Shown here piece after piece: positions 44,917-53,084 of a stretch of 53,084 bases of DNA. The translations under genes were made by a program, and so were the position numbers. The number at the start of each line of letters is the position of its first letter. Within the stretch, counting starts at the first letter, position 1. The DNA lies in contig JAUVGW010000001.1 of NCBI GenBank assembly GCA_030593565.1, positions 1 to 53,084 on the forward strand, in the 5' to 3' direction. The notes beneath the pieces were generated by a model. The model had not been told where the DNA came from. It saw nothing but the letters and a program-made list of their open reading frames with translations, and did no database searches. The stretch comes from Phycisphaerae bacterium (lineage in GTDB: Bacteria; Planctomycetota; Phycisphaerae; UBA1845; UTPLA1).

Positions 44917-45022
44917 GATTCGGCAGGCTGCGACACTGAAGGTAGCGTCGGCCCCCCGTGGCCGACGTAAAATGTGGAGAGATCCCCCCTCGCATACGTC
45001 GACCACAGGGCCGACGCTACTA
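44917..45022. repeat. REP-A copy 3
   Basis: AGATTCGGCAGGCTGCGACACTGAAGGTAGCGTCGGCCCCCCGTGGCCGACGT..ACGTCGACCACAGGGCCGACGCTAC. Confidence 0.85.
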
Positions 45023-45077
45023 CCCGCAAACACAGATGGAATGAACCACTACGTATTCACGTAGGATCGGCGATTTC

Positions 45078-45190
45078 GGGTACTGGTAAAGTTTGGGGAG
45101 CATCGGCGTCTCGCCGGTACAAAATCCTCGTTTTCGACCTACGTACCGGCCAGGGGCCGATGCTCCCCAATTCAAACTGTACCAGTACCC
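45078..45190. repeat. REP-D copy 1 (GGGGAGCATCGGCGTCTCGCCGGT hairpin with an outer GGTACTGGTA stem)
   Basis: GGGTACTGGTAAAGTTTGGGGAGCATCGGCGTCTCGCCGGTAC..GTACCGGCCAGGGGCCGATGCTCCCCAATTCAAACTGTACCAGTACCC. Confidence 0.8.
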
Positions 45191-45245
45191 AATCTTGCCC
45201 ATCTGTTGAGCCGATCAGCAGATGGGCAAAATTGCCCATCCCACA
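45188..45245. repeat. REP-C copy 1 (GGGCAATCTTGCCCATCTG hairpin)
   Basis: CCCAATCTTGCCCATCTGTTGAGCCGATCAGCAGATGGGCAAAATTGCCCATCCC. Confidence 0.85.
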
Positions 45246-45268
45246 ACAATAGCGGTTTGCTGGCTTTC

Positions 45269-45341
45269 GTAGCGGCCGACGCTCCTGTCGGCCGCCGGAA
45301 ACCGTCGGTCTTCAACGTCCGACACGGGGGGTGGACGCTAT
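45269..45341. repeat. REP-B copy 2
   Basis: GTAGCGGCCGACGCTCCTGTCGGCCG..CGTCCGACACGGGGGGTGGACGCTAT. Confidence 0.85.
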
Positions 45342-45367
45342 GGTTATCTTGAATCTGCTCCAGGCGC

Positions 45368-46069
45368 TCAATACGCCTCATCCGTGCGACCGAGCTTCTG
45401 GAGGAAATCAACCACCTGCCCCGCTGCGAAATCATGCGTCGTCTTGATCCGGTCGACGATCACCTGTGGATCCCACTGTGCCGGCGCGCCCCAACGAGCG
45501 TCCACCTGGATGAACAACTGCCGGATGTCCTCGACCAGCGATTCGACCTTGACCTCGACCTGCCAATTCGGCTTGTCCTTGCCAGGCAGCGGCGGCAGCA
45601 GCATCTTCAGGCCCACTGCATGCACCGGCCGCCCCAGCGGCGTCAGCCGGTCATCCAGTTGCAGGCATTTCTGGCCAAGATACACCCGGGCATCGTCCCC
45701 CACCGACTGGGCGGCCATTCGGAGAACAACGCCTGAACCGACGATGACCTTCGGACTGAACACCGACGCAACGCTGTCCAGCGCCATCCTCACGTTGTCG
45801 AAAAACATATCGAGCGAGCCCGTCGGAAAGATGTCCTCGAAGTTCATCACGTCGGGAAAGACGGACAGCTTGAGCTGGCTGCGCGGATCGCCGTCGGCCT
45901 GCGGGCTGATCAGGTGCCAGGCCTTCTCGGCGAATTCCTGTTTTCGCCAATCGAAGCCTTCGTTCGACTTCAACTGGAACTGCTGCCGGTGTTCCTTGTC
46001 CAGTAAGGCCTGTGGAGCAAACCGGACTCCTACGTGCATGCCGCGCGTCTTGATCGTCTCAGGAAGCAT
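45368..46069 (-). CDS. Hypothetical protein (233 aa)
   Basis: I chose the start at ATG 46069 (MLPETIKTRG). The upstream part of the 360-aa ORF is Arg/Gly-rich and overlaps the preceding gene region. No family is recognised. Confidence 0.6.
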   Translation of the reverse strand: MLPETIKTRGMHVGVRFAPQALLDKEHRQQFQLKSNEGFDWRKQEFAEKAWHLISPQADGDPRSQLKLSVFPDVMNFEDIFPTGSLDMFFDNVRMALDSVASVFSPKVIVGSGVVLRMAAQSVGDDARVYLGQKCLQLDDRLTPLGRPVHAVGLKMLLPPLPGKDKPNWQVEVKVESLVEDIRQLFIQVDARWGAPAQWDPQVIVDRIKTTHDFAAGQVVDFLQKLGRTDEAY

Positions 46070-46182
46070 GTGTCCGCCTATATGTGCGTGTTCAGCCGCG
46101 TCTGCGTCGCCGCCGTCCCCGGCGGCAGGATCGCGGGCTAGCCATCCGTGCCGCAGCGTTGCGGGAGATAACTCGTGCGTTC

Positions 46183-47037
46183 CTATGGAGCATTCGTTCC
46201 GCCGGACGGCCCGGCAGGCTGAGTCGTGGCCGTCGGTTTCGTGGGGGCATTGTCCTTCGTGGCCGCGGCCGTGGCCTCGGCCACGGCTTTCTCTGCGGCC
46301 TTTTCGGCCGGGCTCGGCGGCAATATGAATGTAAAATCCGATGGTGGTTTGGTTACGGCCGCGTCCGGCGGCGACTTGGATGCGGCGATCTCCGGTGGCG
46401 GTTCGGGAACCGTGGGCATGGCCACGGGGAAGATCACCGGTTCCGCCCACCGATTCAGGTTGGCCAACCGATACGAGGCCTGGTCACGAAACGGGTAATT
46501 CGCAAACCGCGAGTCATCGACGACCTTCTGATACCAGCTTCTCGCTGTTTCCTGATCGTCTTGATTCTCCGCGATGATGCCGAGGGACAGCATCGCTTGT
46601 CCGGTAGCGGTCACGTCTTGCGGGTATCGGGAGACGACTTGGCCGTAGGCGGTCCTGGCTTGGTCCAGTTCCTCAGCGGTTGCCGAGTCAGGATCCAACG
46701 GCCCCGACGCCATTGTCTTTGCCATTGTGGCGCTGCCCACCGTGAGCAACGCTTGGGTCGTCAAAGCCGCGTCGAGGTCCTCCGCGACGACCGACTCATA
46801 GACGCTGACCGGAACCTCGTCGCCGCCTGTCGTCACCCTGCGGTCCAGGCTCGCCCAGCCGTCCATGATGCGCTGTTGATGCTGGTGATAGTACCAGTAG
46901 CCGCCCACCGCGATGATAAGGACTACGACAAAGATCCCGCTGAGCTTGGCCGCGTTCTCCTTGGCGTAGTCGCGGATCTCCTCGATCTGCTGTGACAGTT
47001 CGTTTGTCTTCAGGTCCTGACGTCTCGTTGGCTTCAT
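46183..47037 (-). CDS. Single-pass membrane protein with a TPR/YfgM-like periplasmic domain and a Pro/Ala-rich tail
   Basis: An N-terminal basic segment, then a TM helix (LSGIFVVVLIIAVGGYWYY), then a helical-repeat-like region (ARTAYGQVVSRYP.., ARSWYQKVVDD). Confidence 0.65.
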   Translation of the reverse strand: MKPTRRQDLKTNELSQQIEEIRDYAKENAAKLSGIFVVVLIIAVGGYWYYHQHQQRIMDGWASLDRRVTTGGDEVPVSVYESVVAEDLDAALTTQALLTVGSATMAKTMASGPLDPDSATAEELDQARTAYGQVVSRYPQDVTATGQAMLSLGIIAENQDDQETARSWYQKVVDDSRFANYPFRDQASYRLANLNRWAEPVIFPVAMPTVPEPPPEIAASKSPPDAAVTKPPSDFTFILPPSPAEKAAEKAVAEATAAATKDNAPTKPTATTQPAGPSGGTNAP

Positions 47038-47043
47038 GGTTGC

Positions 47044-47511
47044 CTATCCGCCGGTCGTAGCCGGCGTCCCCGTGTTGTCTGATTGAATGCCGGCGCGAAT
47101 CTGGGTCACCGCCGCGCCGAAAAGCCCGGACGGCATTCGCTCGATCCTGACCTCGCAACGCTCCTGCGCCTTTTTGTACTTCAGCACGTAAACACCCTTG
47201 TTCAGGGTTTGTTCATCCAATTGCCAGTTGGCCTGCGGCATGTGATACTGATAGAAGTTCTTGACAGCCTGCAGGCTCGCTTTGCCATGATAGATATGCT
47301 TGACCGATCGGAAACCCGGTGTGACCTTGTCGGCGGACTGCCGCTCAATCAGTTTGAAGTCCTTGGGCAGTGGCAGGTCGCTCACATAGGGATGCTCGGC
47401 GACATCGAGGATCGTCGGGCCCGTCGGCTTATTTGTACAACCGCCTGTCACGGCGAGCCCAAATGCGAGTCCAAACATCAACACAACCGTCTGTCCCAGT
47501 CGATCGTTCAT
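47044..47511 (-). CDS. Hypothetical lipoprotein
   Basis: Signal peptide with lipobox LAVTGGC. Only a 6-nt gap separates it from the downstream gene. Confidence 0.7.
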   Translation of the reverse strand: MNDRLGQTVVLMFGLAFGLAVTGGCTNKPTGPTILDVAEHPYVSDLPLPKDFKLIERQSADKVTPGFRSVKHIYHGKASLQAVKNFYQYHMPQANWQLDEQTLNKGVYVLKYKKAQERCEVRIERMPSGLFGAAVTQIRAGIQSDNTGTPATTGG

Positions 47512-47707
47512 GGCTATCCGACCGCCTCAGGCAAAAAAAGGTCAAACGAAGGGCAACGCTCCTCGTCGCGGCGAAAAGACCTCGCCGCCTGACAACCACA
47601 CAAATCTACCTTCGCGCCTGGCAACTGTCAATCCGCCGGCGCCGCCCACCTGCCGACGGGGTCCATGACAGTTTAGGCGGCATTGCTCCGAAGGGTCCAA
47701 CGGGTGC

Positions 47708-47780
47708 CACTGGCGGCTTGTCCGCCAGTGCCTCAACAGATAGCGCCCTACACGGACACTGGCAGGCAAGCTGCCAGTGT
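47708..47780. repeat. Two short CACTGGC-type GC hairpins
   Basis: CACTGGCGG-cttgt-CCGCCAGTG (47708-47730) and ACACTGGCAG-gcaag-CTGCCAGTGT (47756-47780). Confidence 0.8.
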
Positions 47781-47937
47781 CGCCCCGCCGCCGATTGTGT
47801 CATGGATCCCTGCCGGCCACCGGGAGGGCTGGATGGTATCGGCAACGCGGTTAGGCGGCTGGAAATGGACCCTCGGCAACACAGGGCCGACCTGAAAATC
47901 GGCCGGCCATCCTGATGTGGGTGCTCTGTTGATGTTT

Positions 47938-48020
47938 GAATGGCCAATGAAGCGCGCCCCAAGCCCATGGATAGCAATCCATGGGCTTCCGGTGGATGCG
48001 GAATGTTCAATTGGCCATTC
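47938..48020. repeat. Nested inverted repeat (outer GAATGGCCAAT, inner AAGCCCATGGAT)
   Basis: GAATGGCCAAT..AAGCCCATGGAT-agca-ATCCATGGGCTT..ATTGGCCATTC. Confidence 0.85.
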
Positions 48021-48119
48021 GAGTATCAATAGTTCGGAACCACATTTGGACGAGTCGCGAGCACCATGTCCTCTGCGGCAGCGCCGACGCAAAACGCGGA
48101 TTCCACTGCGAACGGGCGC

Positions 48120-49463
48120 CTACATCACCGTGAAGTACACGGATACGGCATAGTCGAGCAGTTCCGGCGTCAGCACCACGGGCTGATCCAGGTACAGACA
48201 TCGATTACGGACCTGCAACAGCAGGTCGCGCGGTTGGCAGCAGCGAAACGGCCGATCCTCGGATTCGTAGTGCTTGGCGATCAAGTGGTCCACCGCCGCG
48301 CGCGCCTGGTCATCGATGTCGAACCCGAACGACGGACCGACGAACTCGAACAGCTTGCGGAAATCCGCCTCGGTCGGGTCCCGAACCTCGATCTTGTACG
48401 GGATACGCCGCAAGAAAGCCTCGTCACATAGTTCCTTCGGCTCCAGGTTCGTCGAGAAGATGATGAGCTGGTCGAACGGGATGCGGATCTTCTTGCCGTT
48501 TGGCAACGCCAGGAAATCGTAGCGCTTCTCGAGCGGTAGAATCCAGCGGTTCAGTAGCTCGATCGGCTCCATCCGCTGCCTGCCGAAGTCGTCAATCACC
48601 AGCGTGCCACAGTTGGACTTCATTTGCAGCGGCGCTTCACAGGTCTTGGCCGTTGTGTTGTATTGGACGTCCAACGCTTCCATGGTCAGTTCGCCGGCGG
48701 CCACGATCGTCGGCCGGCGTATCTTCACCCAACGGTCGTCGATCTGATCCTGCTTGACGATCAAGCCACGCTTCCGCTCGATCACCTCGTGGTTCGCCAC
48801 GTCAAATAGCTTGATGATCAGCCCGTCCACTATGACGCACTGGGGAATGTAGATTTCGTCGCCGAAGCACTTGGTGATCCGTTCCGCTATGCTGGTTTTT
48901 CCATTGCCAGGAGGGCCGTAAAGAAACATGCCGCGGCCCGAATTGATGGCAGGTCCCAGTACCTGGAACATCTCCTCCGAGATCAGCAGGTCGCTGAAGG
49001 CGTTTCTCAGATCATCCTTGCCGGGCGACTTCACGGTAATCGTCTGCGCCTCGACCGCAGCCACATACTCGTTGATCGACACCGGGGCGGGTCCGACATA
49101 CATCGATTCCAGCATGAAACGTTGCGCGCGGTCACGCCCCGCATCGGTCAATGTATACGTGAAGTCACCCAGTTGGGCCGTACCCACGTACACCACGATC
49201 TGCTGCTGCTTGAGGTTGGTCAGGTACTCGATGATCGGCTTCGATGGCAGGCAGAGCGCCTCGGCAATCGACGCGCCCGGCGCGGAACCTACGGCAGCGA
49301 GGTACTTCAGGATCAGCGACTCGACGACGCCGGGATCGAGTCCGGCCTCCTCAAAATCGGCCGGCGCCTTTGGGATAAACGGCGCTGCGGCCGGCGCGGC
49401 ATCGGCCGCCACGGCGGTCACGGGCATTGACGGATCCAGCTTTCGGGGTGCTCGTACAATCAT
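48120..49463 (-). CDS. AAA+ ATPase (single classical AAA module) with an N-terminal winged-helix-like domain
   Basis: Walker A is LYGPPGNGKTS, Walker B is LVIDDFGRQ and sensor-1 is IIFSTN, followed by FLRRIPYKIEV. The ORF opens at 49505; ATG 49463 (MIVRAPRK) is an alternative start. Confidence 0.85.
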   Translation of the reverse strand: MIVRAPRKLDPSMPVTAVAADAAPAAAPFIPKAPADFEEAGLDPGVVESLILKYLAAVGSAPGASIAEALCLPSKPIIEYLTNLKQQQIVVYVGTAQLGDFTYTLTDAGRDRAQRFMLESMYVGPAPVSINEYVAAVEAQTITVKSPGKDDLRNAFSDLLISEEMFQVLGPAINSGRGMFLYGPPGNGKTSIAERITKCFGDEIYIPQCVIVDGLIIKLFDVANHEVIERKRGLIVKQDQIDDRWVKIRRPTIVAAGELTMEALDVQYNTTAKTCEAPLQMKSNCGTLVIDDFGRQRMEPIELLNRWILPLEKRYDFLALPNGKKIRIPFDQLIIFSTNLEPKELCDEAFLRRIPYKIEVRDPTEADFRKLFEFVGPSFGFDIDDQARAAVDHLIAKHYESEDRPFRCCQPRDLLLQVRNRCLYLDQPVVLTPELLDYAVSVYFTVM

Positions 49464-49686
49464 ATTTCGCTCCGCGCGTGGACCTTGAGCGGCTCGGCTT
49501 GTCACTGACGCCGCCGACAGGATGAACCACGTAGCTATGATCGGTCCGGTGACGGGGCCGCTTGACGCAGGTATTGCCGATACTCGTTATCGTAAACACG
49601 ATGATTGTCCGATAAGCGTGACTGCGGCCTTGGGCCGCGGCTAAAGGGCCCAGGGGTTACGGTTCCATCCCCCATGCCAGATTCGT

Positions 49687-49760
49687 GACGCCTGACCCGT
49701 GAACCCCCTGGACCCTGCACCCTGGACCCTGAACTCCGCACCCTGAACCCTGAACCCCAA
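49687..49760. repeat. Heptamer-period tandem repeat (NACCCTG, about 9 units), family J2
   Basis: gacgcctgacccgtgaaccccctggaccctgcaccctggaccctgaactccgcaccctgaaccctgaacccc, in the divergent AAA+/aroC intergenic region. Confidence 0.75.
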
Positions 49761-49836
49761 GGCGGCCTTATGCCGCCGCCACAGCGACATACCGGGCGCA
49801 GACTGCCGACCTGGTATTGGCTTATAATCCTCGGCC

Positions 49837-50997
49837 ATGGCAATTCTCGATTACCGAACTGCGGGAGAATCCCATGGTCAGGCCCTGCTCACGATCGTCG
49901 AAGGCCTGCCCGCCGGGCTCACACTCGACCTCGGGGCCGTCAACGAGGCCCTTCGACGGCGGCAGGGGGGCTACGGCCGCGGCAAGCGTATGGCCATCGA
50001 GAAGGACCGCGCCACTGTTCTATCCGGCATCCGCAATGGCGTTACCATTGGTTCCCCCCTTGCCATGGAACTCCGCAACAAAGACTGGCGCATCGACGAG
50101 GCTCCGACGATCAATCGGCCGCGGCCCGGACACGCGGACTTCGCCGGCTCCGTAAAATGGTTGACGACGGACTGCCGGTGCGTACTGGAACGAGCCAGCG
50201 CCCGCGAAACTGCGGTTCGTGTCGCCGCCGGTTCTGTGGCGGCATCCTTGCTCAGGCTATTCGCGGTCGACGTGGTCGGGTTCGTCGTGCAGATCGGCGA
50301 TGCCAAGGCGGACGTACCCGAGGATGCCGCTCCGACGGCACTCAGATCGGCCCGGGATGCCAACGACGTGTATTGTCCTGATGCTGCCGCCGCCGAGGCG
50401 ATGATCGACGCGATCACGGCGGCACAGCGACAGAAGGACACCATCGGCGGCATCGTCGAGGTCCGTGTGTCGGGCTTGCCGCCCGGGATCGGGAGCTGTG
50501 CGCGTTGGCAGGATCGGCTCGATGGCCGTCTCATGGCCGCCGTCGGTTCCATTCAGGCGTTCAAGGGCGTCGAGATCGGGCTCGGGTTCGGTTGTGCCCA
50601 ACGGCCGGGCAGCCGTGTCCACGATGAATTCGACTTCGTGCCAGATCAGCGCGAATCCGCGAATCTCGGCTTCGTGCGTCGCACGAACCATGCCGGAGGC
50701 ATCGAGGGCGGCATGACCAACGGAATGCCAATCATCCTCCGCGGCGTCATGAAGCCCATCAGCACGTTGCAGCGGGGCCTCGACAGCGTGAATCTCGAGA
50801 CGTTGCGACCCGAGCGCAGCGACTATGAGCGCAGCGATATCTGTGCCGTGCCGGCCGCGAGCGTGGTCGTCGAAAACGTCGTCGCATTTGAGATTGCGCG
50901 GGCATTTCTCGAGAAGTTCGCAGGGGACACGATGTCGGAACTCCACGCGGCCTACGACTTTTACATGGCATCCGCGCGCGGGCTCGGCGGTGCGTAG
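49837..50997 (+). CDS. aroC: Chorismate synthase
   Basis: YRTAGESHGQALLTIVEGLPAGL..RRQGGYGRG..RPGHADF is typical of AroC along its full length. Confidence 0.95.
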   Translation: MAILDYRTAGESHGQALLTIVEGLPAGLTLDLGAVNEALRRRQGGYGRGKRMAIEKDRATVLSGIRNGVTIGSPLAMELRNKDWRIDEAPTINRPRPGHADFAGSVKWLTTDCRCVLERASARETAVRVAAGSVAASLLRLFAVDVVGFVVQIGDAKADVPEDAAPTALRSARDANDVYCPDAAAAEAMIDAITAAQRQKDTIGGIVEVRVSGLPPGIGSCARWQDRLDGRLMAAVGSIQAFKGVEIGLGFGCAQRPGSRVHDEFDFVPDQRESANLGFVRRTNHAGGIEGGMTNGMPIILRGVMKPISTLQRGLDSVNLETLRPERSDYERSDICAVPAASVVVENVVAFEIARAFLEKFAGDTMSELHAAYDFYMASARGLGGA

Positions 50998-51030
50998 CTT
51001 GACGACGCGGCACGGTCCGCCATGCCGCAA

Positions 51031-51142
51031 GTTGTAGGATGGGCAATCTTGCCCATCTGTTGAGCCGATCAGGTTGTAGGATGGGCAATCTTGCCCATCT
51101 GTTGAGCCGATCAGCAGATGGGCAAGATTGCCCATCCTACAC
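51031..51142. repeat. REP-C copy 2 with a tandemly duplicated 42-nt left half
   Basis: GTTGTAGGATGGGCAATCTTGCCCATCTGTTGAGCCGATCAG occurs twice (51031-51072 and 51073-51114). The inverted arm CAGATGGGCAAGATTGCCCATCCTACAC follows. Confidence 0.9.
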
Positions 51143-51160
51143 TGTTATCAGGCGCATTCT

Positions 51161-51255
51161 TCGCGGCTCGCGAAGAAAAGGGGAGCATCGGTGTCTCGCC
51201 GGTGTTCCTACCGGCGAGACGCCGATGCTCCCCTTTGAATGCGCCCGTAGGCCGC
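51161..51255. repeat. REP-D copy 2 with an outer GGCGCATTC stem and an extra TTCTTCGCG mini-hairpin
   Basis: GGCGCATTCTTCGCGGCTCGCGAAGAAAAGGGGAGCATCGGTGTCTCGCCGGTgttcctACCGGCGAGACGCCGATGCTCCCCTTTGAATGCGCC. Confidence 0.85.
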
Positions 51256-51350
51256 GCTGCGGGGCTGTTTACAACGCTTGTCTCTTCAATCACACTGTCC
51301 GTTCCGTGATCTAGCGTTAACGCGTACCGCCAAGGACGGGCCACACTCGT

Positions 51351-52889
51351 ATGCTTCCACACCGAAGGCTCCTGCTGGTTCTCGCCGTGGTTCTCGTGGG
51401 TGGGTCATTGGCGTGGAACGCCTACTACGGGCTGCACATCCGGAGCGAGGCTTATCGGGCCGAGGTCGAGAACGACCTCAGCCTGTTCTTCGAGTTGCCG
51501 TGCGACCTCGGGAGCATTCGGGGCCATACGTTCGACAGCCGGGTTTTTGATGATATCACCTTGTGGCTGCCGGGCCGCCGGGACCGGGTCTTCTCGTGCC
51601 GGCGCGCCATCTGGCACGAGAAGGAGAACGGCGACGAACGAAACGAACTCGACCTCATCGACGGCGTGCTCATCCTGGGTACCGACCGATGGCAAAGCGA
51701 TGACTATCGCCAGGTCTTCCAATCCAGCCTCGGCCACGACTTCGAGGATTTGAACCTGCACCGCGTCGGCATGTCGGGCTTCGAGATATCCTTCGCGCGA
51801 AGCGACGTCACGATCCTGTGCCGCAACACGTCCGGAACCATCGACATGTCCGACCCGGATGACGGGATCGCGCATTTGAGGGCCTACGAACTGAACGGGT
51901 ATCACATTCGCCAAGGCGTTGCCATCTACGCGAGGTTCTCCCCGGAAAACGGCGTCGAGGTCTCCGAGTTCGTGCTAACGCTGCCCGAGGTGCCGCTCGC
52001 ATCCGTCGGCATCGGTGCGGCCCTCAATGGAAACATCACCGCCGGCACATTTGCCGGCCAGATCGAGTACAACGCGACAAAGCCGCAGCCTGAGGTCTGG
52101 CTTCGAGGCGAATTGCTCGATGTCAATCTTGAGGAGATGACATCTGCCTTGCCCTTGGGCCCGTTCAGTGGCCGGCTGTCGATCAGTGTCGATTGGGCGA
52201 AGGTCGTCGATTCTGTCGTCACACGTTTTCGTGGACGCGGTACGCTGACGGATTTCTCGTTCGCGCCGTTTGCGCCGTTGCTAGGATTGGAGAGCCTGTC
52301 GGGTTCTGCGACGTTCTCCATCGATCCGGCCGACCTCGCGCTGGGACATGTCAATCGTCTTCGACTGGACGGGCACGTCGATGATCTCACGTTGGAGCAA
52401 CTGCTCCATCCCCTGGGAGCGGGCTCGGCAACCGGGAAACTGGCGGTTCGCATCAACCACCTGGACATCGCTGACGACAACATCCGTGCCGCTGATATCG
52501 AGGTATATGTCGTTCCTCCCGCTGATGGACCGGGCACGATCGACCAGGACCTTCTGCTGACCGCCGCCGAACGGCTGCTTGATTTTTCGTGGCCCGAGGC
52601 CATCCCCAAGCGCTTGCTGCCCGAGAAAGTGGAGTATGCGGAATTCGGCGTCCGCCTGTTGGTGCGGGACAACCAATTGCGGGTACTGGGCACGCACGGT
52701 CCTGACGGCAAGACGGTCCTCACGATCATCGTGTTTGGAAAGCGTCTCGGGCTTGTCACGGAACCATCGGGCACCATCGACCTCGGGCCGGTCATCGACG
52801 ACGTGCTCGCGCGGATTCGTTCATATGACCCGGATCGGGTGCGGGAATGGTGGCATTCGGAATCACACTTGGGCTTCGAGGGACCGTGA
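51351..52889 (+). CDS. Membrane-anchored hypothetical protein (N-terminal TM helix, beta-rich; AsmA-like architecture is a guess)
   Basis: N-terminal LLLVLAVVLVGGSLAW anchor and a 512-aa ORF. No motif is recognised with confidence. Confidence 0.6.
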   Translation: MLPHRRLLLVLAVVLVGGSLAWNAYYGLHIRSEAYRAEVENDLSLFFELPCDLGSIRGHTFDSRVFDDITLWLPGRRDRVFSCRRAIWHEKENGDERNELDLIDGVLILGTDRWQSDDYRQVFQSSLGHDFEDLNLHRVGMSGFEISFARSDVTILCRNTSGTIDMSDPDDGIAHLRAYELNGYHIRQGVAIYARFSPENGVEVSEFVLTLPEVPLASVGIGAALNGNITAGTFAGQIEYNATKPQPEVWLRGELLDVNLEEMTSALPLGPFSGRLSISVDWAKVVDSVVTRFRGRGTLTDFSFAPFAPLLGLESLSGSATFSIDPADLALGHVNRLRLDGHVDDLTLEQLLHPLGAGSATGKLAVRINHLDIADDNIRAADIEVYVVPPADGPGTIDQDLLLTAAERLLDFSWPEAIPKRLLPEKVEYAEFGVRLLVRDNQLRVLGTHGPDGKTVLTIIVFGKRLGLVTEPSGTIDLGPVIDDVLARIRSYDPDRVREWWHSESHLGFEGP

Positions 52890-52944
52890 CGCCCGCCCGA
52901 TTTTGTTGACGGGCCATTGCCCCGATCTTCGCCATAGCATTTTT

Positions 52945-53041
52945 GGCCCCGGAGGGGCCGAGGCGAGTAGCCACGGGCGAAGCGCAGCGGAACCCGTGGT
53001 CCCGGTTGGCCCGCATCCCATTTCGCCCCGGAGGGGCGGAC
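52945..53041. repeat. REP-K unit, copy 3
   Basis: GGCCCCGGAGGGGCCGAGGCGAGTAGCCACGGGCGAAGCGCAGCGGAACCCGTGG..CGCCCCGGAGGGGCGGAC is collinear with 39181-39277. Confidence 0.85.
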
Positions 53042-53084
53042 GAAACCGCTCGACCTTTGAGTCCCCTGCCGGAATCGCGCATTT

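Noticed and set aside
51031-51142. CRISPR-like direct repeats
   Set aside because: There are only two contiguous 42-nt copies with no spacers, followed by their own inverted arm. This is a palindromic REP with a duplicated half. No CRISPR array or cas gene exists in the window.

Overview
High-GC bacterial chromosomal window. It is most consistent with a Planctomycetota-type genome; this is inferred from an ECF sigma/zf-HC2 pair, many lipoproteins and a dense population of GC-rich palindromic intergenic repeats, with no search run. Left to right: (1) 1-5.1 kb is an accessory or decayed zone. It holds IS630 transposase debris, a secreted BNR/thrombospondin-type-3 protein, a decayed DUF262 gene, TIR-like repeats and a truncated TylF methyltransferase. 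(2) 5.2-20.1 kb is a glycan/EPS locus. A GT-C glycosyltransferase on the + strand converges on a 10-gene, partly translationally coupled minus-strand operon: GT-C, GtrB-like GT2, GT4, SDR epimerase, DUF362 Fe-S protein, two pyruvyl transferases, acetyltransferase, Wzx flippase and radical SAM/SPASM. (3) 20.1-21.5 kb is gene-poor and contains an internally deleted ferredoxin. (4) A TPP riboswitch is followed by a tandem-DinB gene and then thiC; this is the observation I rate highest. (5) Next come a degenerate receiver protein, an ECF sigma/anti-sigma pair, split saccharopine-pathway genes (LKR and SDH), tRNA-Leu(CAG), korAB and an M14 peptidase. (6) Then a DegT aminotransferase, a WecA/MraY-family transferase, an apparently lower-GC orphan with a PD-(D/E)xK-like signature and a lipoprotein with protein-kinase-like motifs. 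(7) Finally yggS, a GT2, a lipoprotein/TPR/hypothetical trio, an AAA+ ATPase, aroC and a membrane-anchored hypothetical. At least ten families of short nested palindromic repeats or MITE-like elements fill the intergenic spaces, and several run into the 3' ends of ORFs. All calls come from reading the sequence and the ORF track. No database search, GC computation or folding was run. Repeat coordinates are accurate to within a few nt, and several start codons are my own choices.
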